20,000 nucleotides of DNA, taken from positions 59,620-79,619 of the forward strand of contig JBFLGF010000116.1 of the NCBI GenBank assembly GCA_050230475.1. Reading direction: 5' to 3'. The stretch comes from Ancylonema sp. (taxonomy: Eukaryota). Made by a program: the position numbers and the translations under genes. Numbering within the stretch: the stretch's first letter is position 1; each line of letters begins with the position of its first letter. The notes beneath the pieces were generated by a model. It was not told the DNA's origin. It made no database searches and saw only the letters and a program-made list of their open reading frames with translations. Shown piece by piece: positions 9,638-19,959 of the stretch.

Positions 9638-11093
9638 GGCAAGAGTAAACCTTAAACAAATTCTTCACCCTTAACTGCAAGCTTTCAATCCACTCTTTTG
9701 TTGGCGGGAGTGGAGCAGCGGGTGCTGGCGAGGATGCAGGAGGGGGTGGGGGCGCAGCTGGCTATGGAGTGGACGTGGTTGAAGTGGCTACCACAGGACT
9801 CAGTCAGGTTTCATGCAAGGGAGAGAGGGGAGGCAGAGGGGGAGGGGGGCTGGGTGTATAGCAAAGGTTACTCTGCACAAGGAGCAGGAGGCACTTGCCT
9901 CAGGTGGGCTGCTGTGGAACAAGGAGTTTTTGGGATTGCGTGGGACCGGTGAGAAGTTAGGAGATGTGGGATAGCCATTTTAGTGTGCGGGAACCCTTGT
10001 CCTTGCGTGACAACAATTTTATAATTACCGATCCAGTCACCTCATCCATCTTCCCCGTCACCTTTGATTTACCCTTCCGCCATATTGTGGGACATAATTA
10101 CATTCGATCGCAGAATTGTCGCTATACCCTGCCATACCTGTAGCTGTCAGTTGGCAGATTTATTTGGGAAGTGGTCAGGCACACTTTTTCATCTGTTACT
10201 ATCTAACATCTATGTTCGTGAGTGTGGTGGGCTGTGGTAGGGATGAAGAAATATCCGTTCCACCCGCTTTTATACTCGAATGGTGTGCAGCATGAAAACA
10301 TGTTGTTGATATAAGTGGTAGATATATATTTATTTCAGGTGTCCATCTTGCCATGTGCAACTTCTTTATGATTCAAAAAAAAGATGATCATAGATTTGAA
10401 GATGCAGATTTTATTGCTGTATTGGATGAATTCAGTATGTGATGGCAGATGATGAGATGTGCAGTAATCAAACATTTTTCTTTTTGCATTCGTTTTGTGA
10501 TGCATAGTATTTTGCGAATATATTGCATATTCAACAAATTTTCAATCACAGTATTCAGCAGCAGATTGTACAGTCGTTTTACCTTATCGTCTCACCAGCT
10601 TTTGGCTGAACAGTGTGGTACTCTTATACTGTAAGTATGATGTGTGAAAGTATTGTATGAGGTGAGATCCGGTTATGAATTTCTGTTATGTTTCATTAGT
10701 TATGACAAAGAGGTCGTTTTGACGTGCTTTGTAAATTTCCTGCCTTCATTTCATAAATCATTTATATTCAATTTACCATACCACACTTGGTGACGGTCAT
10801 AAAAAATTATTTCTTGATGGTAGTAAATACATACATTCTTTCCCCCGCCTCAGCTATTGGAGCACTGGCGAAATGATGTAACAATTTTACGATTATTGAG
10901 TTGTCCTGAACGACCATCTAGTAGAGACCTGCCCTGCCTAGCTAAAATCGAAAAATAGAAATATGAAGGATTGTCGTTGGAAATGGAGCGATACGCAGCT
11001 GGTGACATACCACCACAAAACAATTTGTACAACCAACGAAGGCATGCGGTATGCACACTATTGCACACTCTTCTTGGCATCATTCGCAGCATC

Positions 11094-11498
11094 CTAGGTT
11101 TTATCGGACGCCTTGTTCACAGCGGATTTGGCATCACCAGCGGCGCTGTCAACCTTCCCCTGCACCTTTCCAGCCGCATCCTTCGCGGAGGACTTAGCAT
11201 CCCCTGCAATGTCCTGGACAGCATCACCAGCTTGCTCTCCCTTTCTTTGGACGGTGTTACCAATGTCCTTGGTAGCTGACTCTGCTTGCTTCGCAGCATC
11301 CTGAGCTGAGTCGCCGCCTTGATGCACTAAATTTCCAAGGCCGTCCTTAGCACTACCGAGGGCTCCGGCAGCATTGTTGTAACCTGCTCCGAGTGCATCC
11401 TGGACGTTGTGGATACCTCCACCAAGCGCTCCCTGGACGTTGTGGATGCCTCCACCGATGTTACCCTTCACTTTGTCGACGATATTCTGGAGAGCCAT
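11094..11498 (-). CDS. Late-embryogenesis-abundant (group 3 / LEA_4-like) hydrophilin, 134 aa, intronless
   Basis: ATG-to-TAG ORF rich in Ala/Gly/Asp/Lys/Gln with no Cys, Trp or Phe. It shows 11-mer periodicity (GGGIHNVQGAL/GGGIHNVQDAL, encoded by a 33-nt duplication; AGDAKSSAKDA, AGDAKSAVNKA) typical of group-3 LEA amphipathic helices. Confidence 0.8.
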   Translation of the reverse strand: MALQNIVDKVKGNIGGGIHNVQGALGGGIHNVQDALGAGYNNAAGALGSAKDGLGNLVHQGGDSAQDAAKQAESATKDIGNTVQRKGEQAGDAVQDIAGDAKSSAKDAAGKVQGKVDSAAGDAKSAVNKASDKT

Positions 11499-11735
11499 GA
11501 AAACAGTACACCAAATTTTCAGACCCGATATTATTTTTTCGACAATCCTCTAGATTGTGCGCAAGGTACGCACATTGTTGAATTCGTGGTATATGATGAG
11601 CAATTATACTGTGACTGTATTTACGGTCGAAACCCTTATCGGGGCTCACAGTCGGGGGATCTGGTTTTTTTATTTATTGCCCGAGGACCATGATTTGCCT
11701 CAATTGAAAGTCTAGATTTCAGAATCAACACAAGC

Positions 11736-12262
11736 GTCGGCAATGTTGTCGTTGGTTTCGCAGGCAATTTGAAGGCATGATGTTAACGGATTTGACTGGT
11801 CTTGTAGATGCATTGTCGCAACACATATTCTACAGCTGACATTTCTACATTCTCCTATGAGTACCAGGTTTTAGGCATGGGCCTCTCACCTCCTGAGACA
11901 TGATGGTTCACGAAACAGAAAGCAGCAAAGAATGTTCGAGAAGATGTGAGTAGAGTAGAACAGGATGTTTGGGAGATGAATGACGGCCAGTGAGGTGGGA
12001 GCTGGCCGCAGACTATATACCATACAGAGAATTCGGCAGAACGCGAAGGATAAGAGTGACCGAATTCGAACGATGAGTCAAAGCCGCAGACACTTGTCAA
12101 GCATATGACTGTTGACCAGACTCAAGCATGACGAATAGACTGCCAAGTGTCCACCTTGGCATGTCGTCGCTGTATGCATTGACGCGTGTCGACAGGCGCC
12201 AATTTTTCCATATCCAGGAATCCTGAATTGCACCAGTTGTTGTCAAATCTAAACGCCACGTG
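11736..12262 (-). promoter_or_regulatory. Candidate dehydration/ABA-responsive cis-elements upstream of the LEA-like gene
   Basis: GCCGAC DRE/CRT core (minus strand, 11736-11741), CE3-like ACGCGTGTC (12182-12190) and ABRE ACGTGGC (minus strand, 12255-12261, overlapping CACGTG). Near-ABRE variants GACACTTGTC (12089-12098) and GCCAAGTGTC (12142-12151). Confidence 0.45.
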
Positions 12263-13127
12263 CTCTGTAGATCACACCAGATTGGTGGAACCTGGTCGAT
12301 ACAGCTGAATGCAGTACCCGTGTCCGCCGGAACGGGGCGAAGCTTCCCCTGTCCCACTCAGTTGGCTCCGCCCTGGGCGACAAAAAACATCGCTCGAGCC
12401 GATGCTTGGGGCGAACCTGCCCGGGACGGCGCCCCGGGAGGAGAAACGCCTAGGGCGTCATCACTTCTCAAAAAAATCCGCCACAATGCGGAGATATGGT
12501 CGATTTGGTTCAATCTGATTTCGTGCATAGTCTGGGTGTACGCATTACGCCACACCATCTCTTGTCAGCCATGAGTCCGACTTTATGGCGTGGCATCGCA
12601 TGATGCGATAAAAATGAAAAATAACAAACTGAAAATTGACGTACACAAAAGAATATTACACGAATGAAGATGGCAGGCTTACTTATAAGTTTTGATAAGT
12701 GTTGTAAAAACTCGAATACATTTTGGATTTGATTTTGGAAAAATGTACATGATCTACGTGGTTTTGGGGTCCTTTTTACGGATAACATAGAAAACCCGTG
12801 ACGTATCAATATGGATCGTTACTCAACACTAGCAAAACATGTAAGTAACAAAATACTACATGTGCCACAAAGTATATATCCACCTAAATCACCTCGATAT
12901 ATAAAGTGTGCCAACACTTTAGAGATCCCAACTACAACAACTACTTCACTCCCAATTCAAATCCCAACTCATAACATGTCCCAAATTGTTTTAACTCCCC
13001 CCCCCAAGGTTTGGCAATTACAAGTGCACCAAAGCACTTTGGTATATAAAAACAATGACCCCCAAAAAAAAACGGCCACATCCCAAAAAGTCCCCACACG
13101 TCCGCCACCATGCCTATTGGGGGGTAC

Positions 13128-13528
13128 TGTTAGGACCCTCGCTATAGTCCCTAGAACTCCTTAGCGAGTTCCCTAACCTAGCGCTACTAGCCTAGTGTGC
13201 TAGTAGCGAGTGTGTGGTTTTGTACCGCGACTTGGGTCGCTATAGGGAGAGCTAGAGCCCTGGTAGAGTTTCGCTATTGTTATATCGAGTGTTGATCGTT
13301 TATAGCGACTAGTTCTTGTATGCGACTTCACTTGTTCGTTTAGAGCGATACTCTTTGTAGTGAAGTCGCCGCTAGCCGAGATTTCACTCTATAGATCGAG
13401 TTAGGATTGAGGATTTCTCACTCCTAACATCTCATGTACTCACATACTTTTTATACACTTTTCCCATCGTGTCATTTCACTTTTGTGAGTGTTCTCAAAC
13501 TAGATCCTTTCCCCTCCCGGGTCTAACA
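13128..13528 (+). repeat. 5' LTR (401 bp)
   Basis: Begins TGTTAGGACC, ends GGTCTAACA; aligns with 18397-18825. Confidence 0.93.
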
Positions 13529-13530
13529 CT

Positions 13531-13541
13531 ATGTTAGGAGT
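13531..13541 (+). other. Self-priming-type primer binding site (ATGTTAGGAGT)
   Basis: Lies 2 nt after the 5' LTR, lacks the TGG of tRNA PBSs, and is the exact reverse complement of LTR 13420-13430 (ACTCCTAACAT). Confidence 0.75.
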
Positions 13542-13669
13542 AAAAAATTTGTGAGGTTATTTTTCGGTTTTTCCACCTAGTGAGCTTCATTCTTTAGGGT
13601 TTCCCACCCCTCTCCTCCCCATTTCAGATTTGCCTTCTTCATTTCTGTCATTTTTTTTTCCCATTTCTC

Positions 13670-14776
13670 ATGGATTCAGATTCGCGTTATGACGACTTAA
13701 TTCGACAAATGCGCAGGACATGAAAGGCAACGTTCGATATCCAATTTGATCGTCTCACACGTGAAAATCAGGAACTCCGGTACAAAAATAGCGTCTATGA
13801 GGAAGCCGGATCTACTCGGCCCACATTTTCTGAGTTCCAACAAATACCTCTAGCTGATGAGTCTCCCTACTCCGCCTTCCCCTAATCAGCAGTCCTACCC
13901 AGCCAGCCCCCCCCTCCCCATGTTGTTTACTATCCTCACCCACCAGCCTCTTCCCCAGCCCCTAACCTACCCCTGCCTTCTCCTATGTTCTCGGGCACAA
14001 GTCAGCAGATCTGCAAAACTTCCGTTTTGGGGTTACCCAACACATTCTGGGCAGCCCTACGCTATCACACTACCAGATCAAAGCTGATTCTGGCGGGCAA
14101 TCTGCTGGACGGCATGGCCTAGCCAAGAGCTGGTTCCGCTCCGTCTGCGAGTCACCGCAGAGCCCCCCACAAACTGGACCCTGGCAGACTTCTTCCAGGA
14201 ACTCGACGACACATTCGGGGGGGGAGAGGACCAGGCAGCCCTCGAATGCCGCCTGCACGAGTTGCAACACACGGGATTAGTGGCTGAGCTTTCTGTTCGG
14301 TTCAGGGACATCACGAACACCTTCCAGCTGCGCTGGACGGACCACTCCCTGATTTTCAACTTCAAAGCCAAGCTGAAACCTGCGATTCAAAGCGAGCTGG
14401 CGCGTTCTACACAACCCCTTACCTTCTGGCCTTTGTGAAGGCTGCTGGCCTCGTCGAAACCAACCTCGCCAACAGCCGTCGCATCGACGCTGCAACCCGC
14501 AAACCGCCCTACACTTCCCCCAAGGCCTCTGGCCCCACCCCCTTTTACCTCCGAGAAGTCACCCCCATGGAGCTCGATGGCACCCGGCGCAAACGGCTCC
14601 AGCTGGGATCCACAGAATATGAGAGGCGCAAGAAGGGAAACTTGTGCATGTACTGTGGAGGCGCGGGCCATAACCGCGACTCCTGCCCGGCGAAGCCGGC
14701 CAACCAGGCCCGCCAGGTCCGCTTTCTGGACACTTCTCCTGACCACCCAAAAAACGATGCACCCGGACAGTCCTAG
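13670..14776 (+). pseudogene. gag: gag of the chromovirus (frameshifted), ending in a CCHC zinc knuckle
   Basis: ATG at 13670 (MDSDSRYDDL...). The C-terminal part, in ORF 14435..14776, has PMELD and CMYCGGAGHNRDSC. Internal stops and frameshifts. Confidence 0.8.
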
Positions 14777-17700
14777 GAGGGGTCTTCTGTCTGGGCATGG
14801 CCTTCTTCACACCCTCCCACCCCATCCCCAACCCAGCCCCCCAGCCCCGCCACCTGTACTTGTCAGTCCAGCTACTCCAGTACCCTCTTCCCCCCATTTC
14901 TGTCACCCTCATCGACTGTTGCGGCGCGTCAAGAAACTTCGTAGACCCCACGCTGCTCGCTCAGCACACCTGACAACCACCCCCCACCCCACACCCATCC
15001 CAGTGGAGCTGATTGATGGCAGCGCTCCGTCCGCAGGCCCTATTACGCATTACAAGGGCGTCCTGTTGCGCTGTCTGGGCTCCCATACCAAAACACTCCA
15101 CTTTGACGTCACCCGCCTAGCCCACTTTCCCATGGTGCTAGGCTACCCTTGGCTCTAGCGCCACAACCCGTCCATCGAGTGGTAGGCAGGCGCTTTGCGG
15201 TTCACGTCCCCCCACTGCGAGAGTTCATGCCTGCCAGCCGCGCTCAGTTTACCCCACCCACTTCTCACACCCCCCCCCCCACCCCTGCCACCCCAATAGT
15301 TCCCCCCCTTGCGCTCATTGCGCCAGTTCCCTACCCATCCCCGCCCCCCCAGATCCTGAACTGCTGTCTAAACTTCCCCCCGAGTACCACGACTACGCGG
15401 ACGTGTTCTCGGAATCTGCGGCAAACACCCTTCCCCCTCACCGCCCCTATGATTTGGCGATACCCCTCTTGACAGGAAAAGAACCACCTTGGGGACCCAT
15501 CTACCCCATGTCAGAACCGGAGCTGGCTACTCTGAAAACAATACATATCTGACAACCTGGCAAACGGATTCATCAGACCATCTACCAGCCCTGCGGGGGC
15601 CCCTGTCATGTTCATTAAGAAACCCGATGGCAAGCTCAGACTCTGTGTGGACTACAGAGGTTTGAATGCGGCTACAGTAAAGAACCGCTACCCCCTACCC
15701 CTCATACCTGAGATGCTGGATCGCTTGCACCGGGCGAAAATCTTTACAAAGATCGACTTGCGAAACGCTTACCACCAGGTGCGGGTGAAGGAGGGGGACG
15801 AGTGGAAGACTGCGTTCCGAACCCGCTACGGCCACTTTGAGTTCCGTGTCTGTCCGTTCGGGCCCTGCAACGCCCCAGGCTGTTTCCAACACTTCATCAA
15901 TGACATTTTCCGAGAGCACCTAGACGTCTTCCTAGCGGGTATGCTTGACGATATGGTGATCTACTCGGCAGACCAGGAAGAGCACGTTCCCCAAGTCCGC
16001 CAGGTCCTGAATATCCTACGACAGAACAAGCTCTACGCAAAGATTGAGAAATGTGCGTTCCACCAAGACACCATTACCTTCCTCGGCTACCAAGTCTCCC
16101 CAGCTGGGGTGGAGATGGACCCGGCAAAGGTGACGTCTGTGCTCGACTGGCCTACCCCTATGTCTGTAAAGGAGGTGCAGTCTTTTCTGGGTCTCGCAAA
16201 CTTCGCCGCAAGTTCATAAACCACTACTCTACCGTGGCCTGCCCCCTGACTACGCTCACCCGAAAAGGCGTGAAGTTTTGCTCGACACCAGAGGCCCAGG
16301 TCGCTTTTGACTCCCTCAAGGAGGCCTTCACATCTGCACCCATCCTCAAACACTTCCAACCCACCCTCCCCATAATCCTCGAAGCCGACGCCTCCGACTT
16401 CGGCCTTGGCTGCGTCCTCAGCCAGACGTCCGCTGCCGGCGAGCTACACCCCATCGCTTTCTACTCCCGAAAGTTCTCGGAGGCCGAGCTAAACTACCCC
16501 ATCTATGACAAAGAGCTGCTGGCTATCGTCAACGGGTTTCACCAATGGCGCGTCTATTTGGAGGGCGCGGCTCATCCTATTGTGGTCTACACAGACCATA
16601 AAAACCTGGAGTACTTCCATGGCGCCCGCACTACCTCCCGCGCCACGCTCGCTGGGCAGAGACACTGGCTGCCTACGATTTCACTATCGTCTACCGAAAA
16701 GGGGAGACTAACAGAAAACCTGATGCTCTCTCCCGCCGTCCCGACTACCTGCCAGACCCAATCCCCGAACTCCCAATCCTCCCGATTCCCTTTCCCCAAT
16801 TTCCCCCCCAGACGATTTCCCTATCCTGTTTCCCCCCCCCCTCCGAGCTGCTACGCTTTTCATCTCCCCCACGGACCCCATATTACCTGTTACCCGTGAC
16901 GCGCAACTTCTCGACCCTGCCACTCTCGCCATCCGCAAACAACTGGCTATAAGACCTGAGGGGGAATCAAACCCCCTCGAACCCTCAGGCAGGTCATCTT
17001 CCTATTGTCTACGCAATGATTTGCTGTACCGACATCATCGCTTGGTCATCCCACCTACTGCTACGTCCCTGATACTCCAAATCCTAAAGCAATTCCATGA
17101 CGCGCCCCTCGCAGGCCATTACGGCGTTGCTCGGACGCATGCGCTCGTGGCGCAGTACTTCTACTGGCCGGGAATTTCTACTGCAGTGGAGGCCTACGTC
17201 CGCAGCTGTGACACATGTGCGCGGAATAAGCCCGTCCGCCATGCACCCTACTACGGCCTGTCCCCAAATCCTATTCCTGAGCCATGGAGCTGTAGCTGTA
17301 TATCCATGGATTGTACAGACCTCCCCCTCCCGCCATCTAACTACCACGATGCGATTCTCGTAGTGGTCCTGACTAAGGCTGCTCACTTCATTCCTACGAC
17401 AAAGGCAATACCAGCTCCTGACGTCGCTGCCATTTTCTTGCGGGAGGTGGTACGGCTCCATGGCATGCCCTCCACCATCATTTCCGACCGCGATGATCCA
17501 GTCGTCTTTATCTTCACTAGCCGTTTTTGGAGACGGCTGTTGGAGCTGTCGGTGTCCGGGCCAACCGATCCTCTGCTTTTCACCCTCAGACGGACGGCCA
17601 GACGGAGCGCCTGAATTCGGTTCTCGAGCAATATCTGCGCATCTACACCGATTACCAGCAATCCGATTGGGCCAGTCTGCTGCCGCTGGCGGAGTTCGCC

Positions 17701-18385
17701 TACAACAACTCCCTACACTCTGCCACCACCCTGACCCCGTTCTTTGCCAACTACGGCTTCCATCTGCAGATCTCGCTGCTCCCACCCTCCCCGGACTCCC
17801 CAACCCCGCAGCCGACGACTACGTCAAGGTGATCCACGACACCCAATATCAACTCGAGTCACCGCTTCGCAAATCCCAAATCGTGAATATCCCAGGTGGT
17901 CCGATGGAAACTTCGGCCAATCGGAAGCGCAGATCTGCTCCGATATTTTCGCCGGGTCAGAAAGTATGGGTGTCCCGGCGCCACGTCGGATCCACTCGTC
18001 CTTCCTCCAAACTCGATGTCCGTCGTCTATGTCCTTTTCCGGTTCTTGGCCAGATCGGCACCTCGTCGTATCGCTTGGAGCTGCCGTCCTCTGTGAAAAT
18101 CCATCCCGTCTTCCCTTCTGCCTCCTCGAGCCGTACCATACCAACACATTCCCGGGTCGTGTCGTGGCGCCTCCACCTCCGGTACACCATGAGGTGGCCA
18201 GAATCCTGGATTCCAAGCTCGTGCGAGGCCAACTATTTTACCTCGTCGACTAGGTCGGGTACGATGAATCGGAGCGTTCTTGGGACAAACATGGGGAATG
18301 CTCAAATGTTGTTGACGCGGTCGCTGATTTCTATGCCACGTTTCCAGCTCGGCCTGCACCGCCGCCATCGCGTTCCGCGCCTTGA
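14755..18385 (+). pseudogene. pol: pol of the chromovirus: protease, RT, RNase H, integrase, chromodomain (several frameshifts and stops)
   Basis: PR LIDCCGASRNFVD and [67 protein letters not shown]-x6-H...[24 protein letters not shown] (GPY/F); chromodomain HEVARILDSK...YLVD*VGY....SW. Confidence 0.93.
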
Positions 18386-18396
18386 GGGGGGGGTAC
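18384..18396 (+). other. Polypurine tract (GAGGGGGGGG + TAC spacer)
   Basis: Immediately upstream of the 3' LTR TG at 18397. Confidence 0.85.
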
Positions 18397-18825
18397 TGTT
18401 AGGACCCTCGCTACAGTCACTAGAACTCCTTAGCAAGGTCTTAGCGAGTTCCCTAACCTAGCGCTACTAGCCTAGTGTGCTAGTAGCGAGTGGGTGTTCT
18501 GGTACCGCGACTTGGGTCGCTCTAGGGAGAGCTAGAGCCCTTGTAGAGTTTCGCTATTGTTATATCGAGTGTTGATCGGGTATAGCGACTAGTTCTTGTA
18601 TGCGACTTCAGTTGTTCGTTTAGAGCGATACTCATTGTCCCACATTTGTAGTGAAGTCGCTAGCCGAGAATAGTTGAGTTAGGATTGAGGATTTCTCACT
18701 CCTAACATATCTGTGCTCACATACTTTTATACACTTTTCCCATCGTGTCATTTCACTTTTGTGAGTGTTCTCAAACTAGATCCTTTCCCCTCCCGGGAGA
18801 GGGAGTTTCCCTCCCGGGTCTAACA
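18397..18825 (+). repeat. 3' LTR (429 bp)
   Basis: TGTTAGGACC...GGTCTAACA, followed by TATTG. Confidence 0.93.
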
Positions 18826-19172
18826 TATTGCCCCAAATCATCCCTAACCTAGGACCAGCTCACTCCACTCCTTGAGTTATCAGCCAAACATCAACACCCT
18901 TCCCTTAATGATAGTGACACACCCAATCCCCCAATGGAATCTCAGACAAGTGAGGTGTCTGACAGAAAGTGTGGAACGCCTGCTGACACCTATCACATAA
19001 CACCATACTGACGTACCTATAGAGATCGATGACGTCACTACACGTGCGGCTAGTAAGGCAACCTCAACCATGCTAAGGACACATGCGGACACGTGCGGAT
19101 AAAGATCCGAACACGTTCCGAACAACATAGCAAGCAAACGCTAACTACTTGCATCACAACACACATAGCATC

Positions 19173-19197
19173 ACACCACACCACACCACACCACACC
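19173..19197 (+). repeat. (CACAC)n microsatellite
   Basis: About 5 tandem pentamer units. Confidence 0.8.
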
Positions 19198-19239
19198 TCA
19201 CATGCCTAGCGAGACTACAAACATGCTGTTTGATTTTAC

Positions 19240-19959
19240 TCGTCGATGTAGCACCTGGCAAAGGGCAGCCCCGCCAGCACCCGGTCCATGAGGCGCTGGA
19301 AGAAAGGGGGAGCGTTCTTGAGGCCGAAGGGAACCACGGTCCACTCCCAGAGTTGGCGTCGCATCCCCCACAAGGCAGTATTGCACTTGTCGTGCTCAGC
19401 CACTGGCACCTGGTGGTAGCCAGATTTGAGATCGAGTTTGGAGAAGATCACCGCCCCCTGCAACTTTTAGAAGATGTCCTCAATCGGAAGAAGGGGGTAG
19501 CGGTCCAAGTCGGTGTAGCCGTTGATGGGCCTGTAGTCACCGCACTGCCACAGATCTGTGTAGGCTCCATCCTCGTCGCGCTTACGCACAACCACCGTGG
19601 CACTAGCGTACTTGGACTGGTGGGAGGGCTTGATGAGGCCTTGCTGCTCTAGCTTGCTGCAAGTCTCTCCCACAAAGTCCCACTCCGTCTTGCCCAGCTT
19701 GTGGGCGTGAGAGAAGATAGGGCGGTCTGTAGTCAGCTGGATCTCCATAGGCGCACCAGTGAAGCCCCCCTGATCAACCATCGAGTAGGCGAAGTCAGCA
19801 TTGTAGTTTTCGAGGAAGTCCACCAGCTTTAGCGTCTCCGCCTCCCTCCAGCTTCCAAGCACCCTCGGTGTCGGCAGCTCCCATGAAGGGTTGCTGGTCA
19901 TGCAGCATGACCCGCAACGGCTGCCCCCTCTTGGTCTGCTCGTGCTCGAGGAGCCGGAT
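19240..19959 (-). pseudogene. Truncated reverse transcriptase of a second Ty3/gypsy lineage (algal/moss-type, possibly non-chromovirus)
   Basis: ORFs 19467..19901 and 19236..19463 share a frame, split by one stop: YASATVVVRK, CGDYRPIN, DRYPL, FSKLDLKSGYHQ, PFGLKNAP, CYID(E). The sequence is cut within the YIDD motif. Confidence 0.88.

Larger units (their letters stand above)
13128..18825 (+). mobile_element. Full-length, degenerate Ty3/gypsy LTR retrotransposon, chromovirus (Tcn1/Tf1-like)
   Basis: Two LTRs (TGTTAG...CTAACA), TATTG duplication (13115-13119 and 18826-18830), gag-PR-RT-RH-IN-chromodomain order, and a PPT before the 3' LTR. Confidence 0.95.

Noticed and set aside
10971..11304. 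Plus-strand ORFs antisense to the LEA-like gene
   Set aside because: Shadow frames; the minus-strand ORF has the coherent LEA composition and repeats.
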